Positions 1 through 14,250 of a DNA stretch of 64,000 bases are shown piece after piece. Position 1 is the stretch's first letter. Each line of letters opens with the position of its first letter. The stretch is from Tubulanus polymorphus (taxonomy: Eukaryota > Animalia > Nemertea), in the NCBI RefSeq assembly GCF_964204645.1, contig NC_134033.1, positions 12,470,655 through 12,534,654 of the forward strand, read 5' to 3'. Both the position numbers and the translations under genes were made by a program. Below the pieces are notes generated by a model that was not told the DNA's origin, searched no databases, and saw only the letters and a program-made list of their open reading frames with translations.

Positions 1-3000
1 TTGTATCGGGTATGAATAGGCGCGCGCGAACAGCAACAGTTGGCATATATCCGCTGCGCGCAAAGCGATGCAATTTAGAAGATGCCGCTAATGCATGCGC
101 GGAATGAAAAAATAATGACAGGCGCCATCGGTCTATTCGGCGTGATGTAATTTTTTTCAAGGGGCTCTACGTCGGTTCGTGTTTGCTTTATCAAATTACC
201 GTTATTGTCCGCTCGATTCCGGGGACGAGTACCTTATCGAGATGTACCAAGCGCAACAGATTACCGCCGGTGAATACGGCGTAAATGCTTCATTTTTCCG
301 CCCTATTGTCGACGGTATGATCGAATTTGAGACGCAAGTACCGAATACGCGCGAAGTTACGGGGTTCAAATCTGTCGGAAACTAAGTTTATATATAAAGT
401 AAAAAGCCTGAGGCCGGAAGATAATGAGATAGAATCGGCGGCGATGATCATGGTTCAAGACAGCCGAGGTCTGCCGCGGATCTGAATTTTGGTCCTTATT
501 TCATGATGGAATATTGTCAGTACGACGTGCAGGCATGTTCTCTTATAAAGCCGGGTGTAGCCTTGGAACTGCGACCCATTGAAACGGGTCGCAAGGCCAA
601 CCTACTGCCGGTTTCAACAACAAACAGGTCATGATTTTGAAGAGGACTTGAGGATTGTGATTTGACTGTGATCACGAGAATGAAATGATGTTCAAGCTGA
701 TAGTCTTTCTTTGCCTCAAGGCGTTAGTTATCAGGGCTTCGCGTTAGTCTAAGCAGCAAGGCCTTGTCCGAGCATGAACTCTACTTTCGAGTTCTTGAAA
801 TACGAAAAACTTCCCCTTCATCCCTTTTAATGATTTCTATGTAGTTACCTGGCGACTACTCCCGATTGAAACAAGGGCTTTCCTTCTGATATCGGACGAA
901 ATCGAAATACATCGTTCGAGGGACACATTATATCAATATTATAGTATAACGATTAAAGAATTGTGTACAAATTATATCATTTACATCGTATTACGATTAG
1001 AAATTGACAGTGAATGCATGGATCGAACCCGCAAGTCACGTACGTACAAAAAGCGTGCTAATCAGTAATACTAATAGAACCACTATTGGCCAGTGTGGTT
1101 GTATACAGCTTAAAGTCGTATTTGCGTAAAAATCGTTCCCATCATTTGCATCCATTACAACAACGAAGTACGTATGTATATATACATATATGGGAGTCTG
1201 GTTTTTAAGAGGGCAATGACACAGCCACTTGAAGTGCTGCATTGACTTTGGAGAGAGCTTTAAAAACACGTCAGTCGTTTTTCTTAGATTCCTTTTTCTC
1301 CGCGTATAATGTCGCGATTCGATTTATTTGGTTCGCATTTTCGAAAATATACCCGAGTCACGTCGAATAGGACAATAAACAAGCACTTTACGCGTAGACG
1401 CTGTGACAAATTCAGTTTCAAACGAAATTAAGGCTTATTCGGCAGTTGTTGCGGGGAATTTAGCGATAGCTTCCGTTTTCTCGAGTACGCGCAGCGCGCT
1501 GCCACTAGTTGCGCCGTCGACTCGACTCGAATTGAGTTAATTTCGTATTCAAGGCGCCGTGTCGTCTCCCGGGCTACCGGATTAGCTAAATTCGTCTGTC
1601 AAGATTTTTCAAACGTCCTTGAGTTCCATGAATACTAATTAGCGCTGGAGAATCGATCGCAAAAAGCGCATTAATTTCTACTTTGATTCGATTATACAAT
1701 TCGGTTTTATGTTTTGACTCGAATCGAATCGAGTGACTCCGCTTCGTGAGAAAACAAGAAGTAAAAACGCAATTAATTTCAGAGTCTTTCAAAGATATGA
1801 ACATTAAAGATATTAACAGGCAGTCGTTTTTAGAGACGATTCATTAGATTAGTCCATTTATGATGGTTTAACTCAAAGTTTCACTCACTTTAAGTTAAAT
1901 GTTACCACGGACTGTTGAATCCCGAGAATAGTACGATGAATTTCGATCGATTATGAGACACACTTCAAAATCAAGGTATCAAATGATTCGTCAATTTTTG
2001 CAAGAATGTTTCGTGTTTGATTATCGATACACCCACGATATCCGATGGAACACGCCTCAGAAACGTATCCTGGGCGGTCATAAGCAGCAGGCAGGTCGGG
2101 ATAAAGCAAGCTGACGCGCTTCGGTGGTAGCTTATCCCAGAGGCCTGGTCAGTATAGCTGATGGCCTGATTTGCGAACTAACTTTTCGACTAGTATACAC
2201 ACCTTATACGATTGATCTGCTATCACGCGGCAGCAGTGAGATATGGTAATTTGTGTTCTTGCGCTAATTCGCGTAAGAGCCGAAGTTGTGATGGATAGAA
2301 ACTGACGTAGAGAGAGCCACTCACCGCAATCTGCCGTCATCTTGTGAGAATTGGCCGCCACTTGGGGTAACCGCGACGACGTCGTGTTCGAGACGTCGAA
2401 TACAGTTGAAATTAACGTCATCGAGAATTAATTCGCCGGACGCCGAGAAGAAGCGGTTTATGCAGTAAGTAAAGAGGAGGAAGTCGAACAGTAAAACAGC
2501 AGCAACAAGCTCGAGCAGCAACACGTGTTCGATGTTCGGTTTCTGTATCGCGAACCTCTTAGCTGCTCTAAACTCAATCCTATATCCCGACTCCATGACC
2601 GCTGGCTCCATCTCATCGTTCCATACATTGAAACTACGAGTTCCAACCCTCCTCGAAAACATCTCTATAATCAGCCCACATTGATCTAGAGCTAAGCATT
2701 ACCGCTCAGCCATCGTCCATGACACTCTTATCAGACTGATCTGTCGTTCCATAAGTTTTCAGGCCTGGTAATTTTGTTGAGCAGACATGACTTAGGACCA
2801 TATGGTAGAGCTGTACACGCCTGTTTCGTATTTATCAGAGAACCTGTCTTTGCTCCGTATTGGCCTTAAAGAAACTGGCTTCATCCGTGACTGTTTAGTA
2901 GGCCTACAGTAGTTCATATTGTCTGAGAGATCAGCTCCGCGGCCCTCTTGATACAGTCTATATATCATTCTAACCCTCGTCCATATGCCCAAAGTGTTGA

Positions 3001-6000
3001 AGATTACGGAAGTGGATCGTTGTGACGTAACAGTTCAAATCCAAATCTTACTCCCGGTAGAAATAAAACGCTTTTGTCGGAATGTAGAAAGTTCATAAAA
3101 TGGCTTCCGGTCGTCGCAAACTTCCGCCGTTCGCCGGGTGTCAAAACCTATCAATCAATTCTACTTGCGACTGTCGTTTGTATTTTCGGTTCCGTCAGCC
3201 TCCGAGCTATTAAAGAACTGATTAGATTTAGATTTTGTTATTGATGACCCCCAGGAAGAAAGCGTACATCGCGAACTTAATGAACACGATCGAGTCGGGC
3301 CTTGCTTTTCGGGCATCTGGTAGCGCAAATTTCTTTTCCGAAAAGAACACTAATATTGAAACAAGTGATGATTATGAATTCAGATTAGATCATCAGAATT
3401 GATGATGAAAAATAGATTTAATCGAAACACAAATATTTGGTTAAATTGCGCTATTGGCAACTTCATGTGGGTATAAAATTCAAACTCATAAAACCGTTTT
3501 AAGCTTAAACATGTCCATTAAACACGACCCTGAACTCTATAGCAGTAGAAGTTGTTTCGCTGTTTATGCTGAACCTAAATGGTTGGAATTGACAAGCATT
3601 AATGATAAAACAATTGATTTTGGTATAAACATAGGTATATGGTAAATCTAAAAAAAACACAACCAGGGGCTCTGATAAATAGACTCTTAATTGCAGTATA
3701 TGTTGTATATATGTATATATACGTGTAAAGGTTGTATATTGAAGGAGGAGTTGCCGAAATATTAATCTAAAACCATGTTTTTCGCCAGATTTCTAAAAAT
3801 AGAGCGGATTCACCCAGGATCGCCCGGGGGCTTCGTACACCCGAGGCGCCGAACATTCGCAAAAACACGATCGCGTTTTGAATCGGAAAAAGTTTTTCCA
3901 CATTCGATGAAACGTCGCCGCAAAGTGAAATGTAAATACGTTTTATACTCGTTGTATCGACTTTCGATAATAGGGATCGGCGTTGATACAAATAGGAAAG
4001 TGTAACACACTTGTTTGTCATAAGCAGGCGATACTTTTAGTTTTTCGTGTGAATTTTTAAATATCCGTCGATCTATTTTCGTGATGACAAACAAACAATC
4101 GATCCACCGTCGGAAAATATGATGAAATACGCCGCCACCGCCGCGGCTTTTCGCCCGGTAACTTTTTAGATTCGACGAATGACGAATGACGTTTATCGTT
4201 AAAGGCGAAGGGCGGAGCTCGCCGCCATTCACGCCTTTGTGCTCGTCGTAAAAAAATCGATACAGCCGTTGCGTATTTATATCGCGATTTTTAAAACAAT
4301 ACGTTCGCGCGTTCGATAAATCGGATAAAAGACAGTTTGATTTTTAGAACTGTCTGTGTACTAGCGCAGCGTCGGTTCCATAAGAACTTTCCAGATACGC
4401 CTTGTAGTTTTTAGCCGCAAGCGTGGAAGCCCTATGAAGCTTCCACGGGTTTTCACTTTTGCTGCTTCCGTGGGAACTGAAAATTCTGAAGGCATAGCTT
4501 CAGCCGCAATATGTTATAGAGTATATTAAAGAATGAATTAAAAGTTTTCACTTCATCAGCATATCGTTGGCCTCAAAGCACGGTCATGAGCTAATGCGCG
4601 AGCTTCTCCGTGGCATCGTCCCTCGAGTGGGATTCGAACCTGACGGCATCGAGACTGTCACCGCACGAGACCCTGCCTAAAAAGCCCGAGTGCGCTGGTT
4701 TATGCCGAGGCAGGATGCGCCACGGCTCTCTTCCATAGCCGTGGTGGAGGGATGGGTAGTAATTCCTGCCGGTGTGTCCGCCATTTTGCCACCGATGACC
4801 GTAGACTCGTCCCTGATCATTAATATTGTTACCAATATGTCCGCTCCGATTACTGATTAGCAGTTACAGTGTAAATAAACACAGCTTTTTCATCGCCCAT
4901 TGGTCAATTCTGAGCAATGGCTGACTATGATTTTACCCCAGTACCATGTATAAGTTATTCGTTATGGTACAGTAGTAGCCACATAGGCAAACGTGTCCTT
5001 TTCGAGCACATTGCATGAAATATACCATAATGACATCTATTTATTCTTATGCTCTAGATTTTTATCGTCGATTATATCACCACGCATTCTCGTCTGGGGA
5101 AGATTAATTGTTACCGCCAGTCGGTCGCCATTTGTTGCCCATGACGACGTCTGGTGAGATTAGCAATAATTCGCATTGTTGATCCCTTGCCGGATGTCGT
5201 CTAATACCAACAGGTCGTTACTAGTCCTCTTGTGGCTAGATGAATATTATCTGATAAATTGGTTCCGTCTATCGTCGCAAAAGAACAAATATTATATTTG
5301 GAATTAAGTTAAGCGTTCGTCTTTTATGTTCACGCGGAGCTGTCTGAAATTATTGCTTCATAATGTAATGCATTAGCTGAATAGAACAGTTCGCTTCAAT
5401 CAGATCTTTTCAGAATAGAAGATTTTCTTCGTTTCATTAAAAGATTCAAGGAAAGAGTGATAATTTGACAATCATCATTTTTAATGCCACTTAACGAAAA
5501 CATTTTTCAGACAACAAATTTACCGCAGTTCCATTCATTCCGAAAAGAATACTGAAGAATGTATGACAAATCATATGAATCTTATCCGCGCTTATAGACT
5601 CATAGTTGAAATATGGAGCAGTTCTCTTCATTCCAAATGGAAAAGTGGGAAATGGCAGTTACAACTCGTGGGTAAAGACTTAAAGTTGATGCAGTTTTCT
5701 TTTTTCTAAATACAAAAGTGACGGATATTTAACGGTTCAAATCTTATACAATTACTGAGGTTAAAGACTTAAAGAGTTGATGGAGTCGTAGAGCAGCTTT
5801 CTTTTTAGGAAACAGAAATCATTTGAGAATTATCGTATAGCCAATTTGAAATGCTTAATACGAAATCATCGTTTCGTCAATATTGCGCGACTGATTTGCA
5901 ATTTTTCGTCGTATGCGGAAGTTTGAATATTTAATTGTTTTCGAGGTGGTAATTCCTCGAGGGTATTCCGTCATAGTCACGTGCGTGGAATATACCCATT

Positions 6001-9000
6001 CTCAATTCGACTCTGACTCAAAAATAAAGATATTATACTAACCGCGAATATGATGTTCACATCATCGCGAGTTTTTATAGGTTGCATTACTTTTCTCCTT
6101 CAGTTGCAAACGTATTAAACACGTACGAAATATAATTACACTGATCGTGGGTGAAAGTAATGTATGAACTGAAATGTACGTTCACAGAGTGAAAGCCTTC
6201 GTCGGGGTGGAATTCATCACCACAAATCCTAAATGAAGTATCGCTCCTTCCCCGTGTATCTGCTGTCGTACTCCCCGTACCAGGTGGCTAGCACGGGTGG
6301 ATAAAGGGTTTGGTTCCGTAGGATCGAATCCACCCCTTTTCGGTCAAGCGCCCAGTGGCGATTCCCCTTTCTGACCAAGTGCCCGTTCGCAAATCCGCCT
6401 GATATAGGCTTCTTATCCCCTGTACTGATCTTGGTCTATTTGTTTATATGCATGACATTGTACAAAGAGTACCCAGTCCCAGTCCATTGTATGACTTACG
6501 ATACATATACAAAAAAAAAGAAATTACAAAATGACAGTTTTTTGTTTTAACATGGTTCACGTGAGTTAGAAAAGCTCAATCATTTGCCTAATATTCCAAA
6601 TAGAAATACACTAAGTTTCAAACAAATATCGTAATTTCTGTGGGATATTGTGCATAATATGGTGAATACGGGATTCTTTGTGACGGAAACGAAGAATTAA
6701 TTCACAAGTCCTCGTCATTAAACCGATACTGTGTTAATGTCGGGTGATGCTCGTGCAATAATATGTTAATTGTCTCGTAATATCTCGCCGATTCTCGCGT
6801 GAATTCGAGCTCATTACCGCTGCTAACAACGCACAGCACACTCGTGTCGCCTGCTGCTGCTTCAATTTACAGCGGATTTAATTCTACCCGCGGTTTGAAT
6901 CCGACTCGTAATCCGAAGTTCGTGGTTGAAATTGTGAATTGCCGCCCGAAGTTTTCATCTCTCAAATGAATCACCGCGAAGAATCACAGTTCAAACGTAA
7001 CTGCAGATATCTATTCTTTCAATAGCCAATGAATCGCTTATGAGTTCGGAAGTGTATTTTTTACAGGAAATCCTCTGAACACTTCTTGTGGTAACTCGTT
7101 CATCTTGGAGATGGTCATAGAGAATACAGAATATCTTTTCATTGTAACCACATTTTTTTGTACACGGAAGATAAACAATCAAATCTATATGCATCTAAGC
7201 CGGTTTCAATTAATCTAGCCAATTGGACCGCTGGGTTTTTCAAAATATCAAGGGTATCAAAGGTAATCAGTGGTATTGAGGTGTCATTATAGCGCCACCT
7301 TGCGAGTGCCAGAAAAGGAAATATCATTCGCGTGCAGTTTGTAATGATAAATATACATCGTACACGTACCGCGCCTGTCGTGTTATTATACCTGTTGTAT
7401 CTTCCTGTATCAGATTCGATACATTTTCAAATCGGTTAAAAATCAATTTCTTCAATATCGCGCGGCTGACGCTGAAATTGGTGTGTAGTGGCGACGACCT
7501 TGTTGAATCCAATCTGCTGCAACCGGCGGAATCGATACTTGGATGATTTCCTGCGCTGGAAATGCATCCGATGGAAAATTGAGTTTGCGAAGAAACGGCA
7601 CAATATTTAAGAAAAACACATACACGGCTAAACTAGGTGAACTGAGTAAAAATGGAAATGTTATTCCTTATTTGCTCTAATCTCTAGAACGCGATATGTC
7701 CACGAGACTATTTCTTTGAAGATGCTTCTACCTCTTTAAGTCAAAATGCCTTTTAAGCTTGTGAGAGACGAGGCGAATTTCTTCGGCGAAATATGTGCCG
7801 GATAATTCGCCTGCAATAAATGCGGAAGAATAAGGTCGACACATTTAGGCGAATTTGGCGCGAAAGCTCGTTCACCGGCAAAATGTCGAAGGTGATGGAA
7901 TTGAGACGGCCTTCTTTCACAGAAGCGTTTAACACTTTTCATACACGGGCTTTATAAAGTTTTATCTTTCAAAATGAAAATTGTTGGCCATTGCATTTAA
8001 CTCATAGAACAGATCGACGATACCATGATGTATTCTTAATAATGTTTTGCACGATGAATGCGTTGGTGGTAGGTAGCGTCTGTACGCTATTCCCCGCGGT
8101 AATATAGCGCCGGAAATGACGAACAATCCTGCGCTAATTCTGAAACAGACTATTACTTGAGATACGACGACGAACCGTTGCAGAGGGACGATGAAATAAG
8201 CGTTTTAGATGCGAATGGATATAGGGTGTAAAAATAATGTTTTCGCCGCTAAGTGGAATACGCGCTTATGAGCGATTTTTATCCTCGGAATCCTGTTGCA
8301 TTTCATTTCGTTTATTAGGTTTTTCAAGTGACGGCAGGACGAGCAAACGATCCGTATCATTGCGTGCAACAGACGGGGGGCAATTTCACGAATGAGATTT
8401 TAATCAAATGTTAACGCTTTCATCACATCACGCAAACTAAAAAAGGAAGCCATATTCCATTTATACCGTTCGATGTTATACCATTCTTACCGTATATTTT
8501 GTCATCGATGCTGGAGATTTAAAGAGACATTAGATGTCCAGAGGCATCGGTCTCAGTTCCTGAAAACTGCCGCTCAGTTCAGTAGCCACACACAGGCGGA
8601 TCGGGTGCTTTCCCTAGAAAAGTTTGAAATTATTCCGGCTCCATATGCAATCTGAACATTGTGGGCGCGTCAAAATCAAACCCCGTTTTGTTCGCGGTGG
8701 GAGTTGCGGGTTTGTAAGGGACATGTGCATAACATCAAATCAAACCAAATGAATGAGAAGAACAATTTTCTGTTTGAAAATCAAAAAGCACGAAAACAAG
8801 GATTTTGAGCGACTACAGTGAATTAGTACCTTGCAGAGACGAGTCAGACTAGATTAACCGATTGGTCAAGGTCGACATCTGCCCCGGCAAATGAGCAATG
8901 TTAAAAGTAATTTGGTTTTCCGGTCGACGTCGACTGCAATAATAACCTCGAAATGACCGCATCAATGCAGAGCATGTTGCTGCTTCGAGTTCGAGCTATA

Positions 9001-9891
9001 AAGCGACAGATTGTGTAACTGAAGTCTGTAATACGAGTTGACATGTCAGTAGAGGATGGCGGATCCTCGTGATTTATATACTCTTCCACACGCCGCCATG
9101 ATGAGTCAGCATTTTTTGCGGTTCGGCAACCGGTGTCTCATTGAGAGTGGAGCCGACTCAATGGATTACGCAATATCTGAGTGTCATTAAGCAAATGACA
9201 TTAGCATTCATCGTGTGGTTATGAGCATTAAGAGGTTTGTGGGTTGATGCCCTCAAAGCCTGATTAACTCTTTCGCATCTGAGCTCTGAAGTTCGCTTGG
9301 CTCGGTACGTTCAAACATCGTGATAAAGTAAAGGAGACTATTTGCCTAAAGGTCGTTCGTTGATGGAAACCATAGCTTGCAATAATTTTGATCGGCACGA
9401 ACCACGTGGTGCACATCCCTTGGTCCAATCAATTTTTAAGGACCCATCGAATTCCACCGATGGTCACGTATTGCAAAAAAATCATTGTTAAGCACTGTTT
9501 AAAAGCAGTTTATGTTGAATCGGTAGTGGTCCGCAGTTTTCTGCCTCTAACCTTAAGTGTCCATACATGAAACCTCGGCTCTTAATCGCGCAGAAAATCT
9601 TCGGATAAACGCGCGAATTCCCGCAAGAAAGGAAGTCTTAATGTTGTGCATACCGCGTGTTAATCAAATTTCCGCGTGTCGTTTGTAGTTTTGAAGCCGC
9701 GGCGTCGACTCATGCGAGTCTTTAGAAATCTGTTGCTCCCTGGAGGTGAAGTTTTTGTTTTCTGCGGCAAGTGACTCAGCGGTTTTTACGGCGTTCGATG
9801 ATTGATAGCGAAATACGTTATATCATTTGAACTAAGCGACCTCCCCGAGGACTTCAGTTACCGTAAACCATTGCTCGGTCACCGCTCGCAC

Positions 9892-9914
9892 CAGCAGCAG
9901 CAGCAGCAGCAGCA
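9892..9914. repeat. (CAG)n microsatellite
   Basis: Direct observation. Confidence 0.8.
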
Positions 9915-12900
9915 GTGGCATCAGCCTCGGTATTACTCGTCCATCGATGACTTAATCGCTTTCTGCGAATGCGAAAATTAAGATGGTTTATCGAACAAGA
10001 TTAGCGGTATATTCGCTATCAAGGAAAATGCAATTCGACGTTTATCGTTTCTAAATAATGATAAATGTTTACGCCTTCCTTTATCTTTAACCCTTTATCC
10101 CCGAAATCTCGAGAAATCTTTTTTTCGATTTGCCACCGAATGGGTTATACATCACCGCATCTACAGGGTGTTTTTTGATACACCTTCTTTTGTATGTAAT
10201 TTCTAGATAAATAAGGGGATATCTTGAAATCTCATTTAGGATATATCAAGATTTAGGATTTCCACGTGACCATGATTTCCATGCCATGGAGTGGAGATCC
10301 TATACTTGATAAATCCTGAATGGGATTCTAAGATATCCGCCTGGAGAAATAACAGCAAAAGCAGGTTATTACATCTTCATAAACACCATGTAGAACAATT
10401 ACATTTCAGCGTTGGTGGCCGACTAGCGACAAATATAGCTCAGAATCCAGTTCCACATTTGCGACGACAATTTGTCTCTAATTGGTCAAATCATTAGAAA
10501 TAAACTAATTACATATCTCGTGTCAAACTGGGCCCGTTGAACACGACGAACCAAACTGATCGAACCCCTCTCGGGCGAGGAGCGGTCGGAAAAGCTATAG
10601 GATCTCCATGGACCTCTCGACCTGATGCCGTGTCACAGGGAGAATGATCTCGGAGATCCTTCGCCTAAATCTAGCTGCTTGCTGCATTGACAGGGAAAAT
10701 GCTACCCTGGCATTCGAGGAAGATTCACAGCGCTGTCACTATTCCACGATACGCCAACACACACGAACACACGAGTTGCTTCTCTTTCATTCGGGATTTA
10801 ATGAATCGGCATCGAGTGAGATTTCATAAATAAATTTAAACTAATCCGTTGAACGAGAAAGCGATTGATTTGAAACGACAGCTAAATTGATTTGCATCGC
10901 TCACACGCGACAGGCAGAAATCCTCGCTTGCCGTGTACAATAGATTGTTGCTCGTCTGTTAGCTGGAATCTGAAATCCACAGTCTGGAGTTGAGAAGAAC
11001 GTGGAAAATGAGCTCAGCACTCTGAAAATGGACATGGAGCCGGTCTTTGAGGGATCCAGTTGATTTTTATGATTTAGATAAGCTTTTTCTTTCTTTTCTC
11101 TGGACTCAAAGCCATCATTCACCAAGTCATCGAAAGTGATAGTGTACACAGCACTATACGAACCATGTTAAACCATCCACCGTGGATTAGGAAAAATACT
11201 TTGATCTCGGGTTTTCAAAGTCGCGTAGATAGAAAAATTACTACGATCGAATAAGAAAAAAGTACCCGCTCGTGAAAAAATTATTAGTGAAAGCTCGGAA
11301 ATTCTAGGAATTCAGGACTCGAACCCAAACTAGTCTCTGGATAAGATTACCGCCATCAAAGCGTTGTCGCCAAACAATTCAGCGAACGAAAGCGTCGCCC
11401 ATCTCTTTTGTTCTTTGAAAACGATGCGTGTTTGATGAAGCGATTTTTATTAGGCTCAGAGATTAAGCCATCGCGTTTTCTTCGCTGGTGCGGTAGAAGG
11501 CCCTATGCGTATACGCGCATATAATGTGAGGTACACGGCGACACGAGCCCCCGGAGAACGAACGCGCGCCGAGCCGATTGATCGCCGCCACGCATTAATA
11601 TATCCGCGCAACCAGTGGCAAATAGCGCTGCGACGTCGACGTCGGCGGCGCGTTTAATGTGCAGCATTGCCGCAGACGAGAAACGACGTGGTTTCATTAA
11701 AGACAACATGCCACAGGTGACTGGCGTAAATTTAACGCGAAATGACAGCGAATAATGCCATCACCCGCGAGAGATGCGGATTGACCATCATGATCGCGCC
11801 GGATTCACCGCTCCTCCGTGCTGCCGCCGCCGCCGCCGCGCAGCCCATTTTTTATTCCATGAATTTCATTATGTCTTTTGCTGTCTTCTTAATAGCTGCG
11901 TGTGACTCACCCCCGGTGTGGACTGGTTCCCCGACCGCTGGTAATGCCGTTGGTTAGTTAGTTTGGCAGTTCAATCTTCCTCTCGAAATTCAAGTTGATC
12001 GTTGATTTCTTCTTCTTCTTGCTCCGCAAATTGATGTTTTGACGTTTTTTTCCGCGGTGCTTCTCTGGACTCTTTCCCCCGATAATCATAGATTGAATCC
12101 CGGCAGTGACAGGGTTTCTTTCTGGGGCGCTTCTCTGAGTTCTCTACCAACCATTTTGATAGTTTAAATCCCGCCAGGTTATCTTTCTGCGGTTCTTCTC
12201 TGGGCTCTTCACCCAATAATGATTTGAATCTCGACCGTGACACTTTTTCTTTCTGCGGTTCTTCTCGCTGAGCTCTTATCCAAACGAGTCGATAGTTACA
12301 GGGTTTCTTGCTGCAGTTTATTGTGTTGTTCATCATTGAGAGCTAAGTACTTTTAATGGAATCAGTACGTTTTTCTATATGAAGCGTGCGCGTTGATTTC
12401 TTTGAAAACCAGGAGCAGACAAACATTCGACAAAACAATATCAAAGCGTCGCCGTCTGGACATGCTGTTGTTTTCCGAAACAAACTGATACCAGTGCAGC
12501 AGATTTCGCGCTGCAACAAGCGATGAAGCCGGATATTGAATTGTCATGTTCGTGAACTTTTCAACGCAACCAGCCGTAGTCGAGACCCAACCGACCAACT
12601 GCGTTTATTGTGTAAAAGCTCTTTTTGTTCCGTGTAGCTATCGCATCGAACAGGTTTTGTTTCTATCATCCCGCGGTGAATTTTTAGAATGCGAGATCAG
12701 AAAACAATAAACCGTGTCTCCCGCCGCGTTTATTTATTCATAACGTATAATATAATATCGTCGGACCCGTTTCACAGACCGGCTTAGTAGGTTACGAGGT
12801 ACTGCATCGCCAGTAATCCAACCAGACGCTTGTTTTCGGACTGTGGGACGACACAAGAAAAGTCGTTTCGAGAAACTGAACTTGTTACGTAATTTACAGT

Positions 12901-13361
12901 TAATTTACCTCATTCATTTACCTTTCTACAGCCCCCGGCTTGGAAATGTCCTTGTCTCGAAATATGTGTGTGTATTATTGTTATTAGTGAGAATGATAAA
13001 GTATTCATATTCGTATTCATTCAAATTGAGTAGGTGAATTGAGAGCTGGTTTAACGCTTCAAATACGGTTCGGTCTGTTGTTGTTTCCGTCTTGTTCTTG
13101 TCTCCTAAGACCTATACCTGTTTTTCGGTTGATACGTACGTGATAAGCTTACGAAAATGAGCTAATTTCGATGAATAACTGATAAGTCGTGATCGCTGAT
13201 AAGCAATGATAGTTATCTTAACGGTGGCAAGTCGGTGAGACGAATGATGGGGATAATTGGCCGTTGTAAAATCATCGATTCTCATTCATCAATGGGTAAC
13301 CCGTAATTTGGTCGTCTGCTGAAACAACAGGTGCTAAACTGGTGATTACCGATCGTACCAC

Positions 13362-13890
13362 CACCGGCTCAGACTAGCTTCATGTGTTAGAACCAACACC
13401 GGCTCAGACTAGCTTCATGTGTGAGATTGATTATAGAACCAACACGAGCTTGGAGTTGTCTGAAGTTGTAAGATTGGTTATAGAAACAAATGAGCTAAAA
13501 CTGGTATTAAGGTGTTAGATTGGTTATATAACCAAAATGAGCTTAGACTGGTTTTAAGGTGTTAGATTGGTTATACAACCAAAATGAGCTCAGACTGGTC
13601 TTAAGGTGTTAGATTGGTTATATAACCAAAATGAGCTTAGACTGGTCGTAAGGTGTTAGATTGGTTATATAACCAAAATGAGCTTAGACTGGTCTTAGGT
13701 TGTTATATTTGTGGGACTAAGACTGTCTTAGAACTGGTATTAAGGTCTAAGATTATATATGTAACCAAAAGGGCTTAGACTGTGTTAAGTTGTTTGAGTG
13801 CCTTTAGAGCCAAAATCAGCTGAGGCTGGTCGTCAATTGTTAGAGTTGTTATACAGAAGAACCAAATCGGCACATACTTGTCTTAAATCT
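13362..13890. repeat. 47-bp tandem array
   Basis: Unit GTTAGATTGGTTATATAACCAAAATGAGCTTAGACTGGTCTTAAGGT at 13514, 13561, 13608, 13655 with degenerate flanking units. Confidence 0.85.
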
Positions 13891-14015
13891 AAGCCTTGAC
13901 TTGGTAACTGATGCCTGGCTTTTAAGTACCTATGATGTTCATATATTATACTTGTATTAATCGAAATCGCCAAACAACAATTAACTCTTTGTCTCCTTAT
14001 CTCATATCGTTACAG

Positions 14016-14250
14016 GACAATATCAATTTACCGGAGCACCATCAGCAACTGTGCCTTAATACGTGTAAATTCCTGAAACAGATCACCACGTATAAACCAG
14101 GTACGTGTCCTCTGCCGTCGGAAGCGAGCGGGTTCGAAGCCGCCTGCGTGAAAAGCTGTTCGAAAGATGGCGACTGCGAAGGCAACCGGAAGTGCTGTGA
14201 TAACGGATGCGGGTATACATGTCAGAATCCTCTAGCTCTGGACCGTTTGG
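14016..14250 (+). CDS. ANOS1: ANOS1 exon: end of Cys-box and WAP domain
   Basis: tacag|GAC ... TTG G|gtaagt; WAP four-disulfide core. Confidence 0.93.

Noticed and set aside
2792-2992. Retroelement ORF remnant
   Set aside because: No diagnostic motif recognised
3767-4232. Overlapping ORFs on both strands
   Set aside because: No domain, no supporting splice structure; CpG-rich non-coding sequence
11971-12336. 121-aa Glu/Lys-rich ORF
   Set aside because: Explained by a degenerate local repeat (TTTCTGCGGTTCTTCTC); no homology recognised
13362-13890. CRISPR-like array
   Set aside because: No spacers; the unit derives from a dispersed MITE
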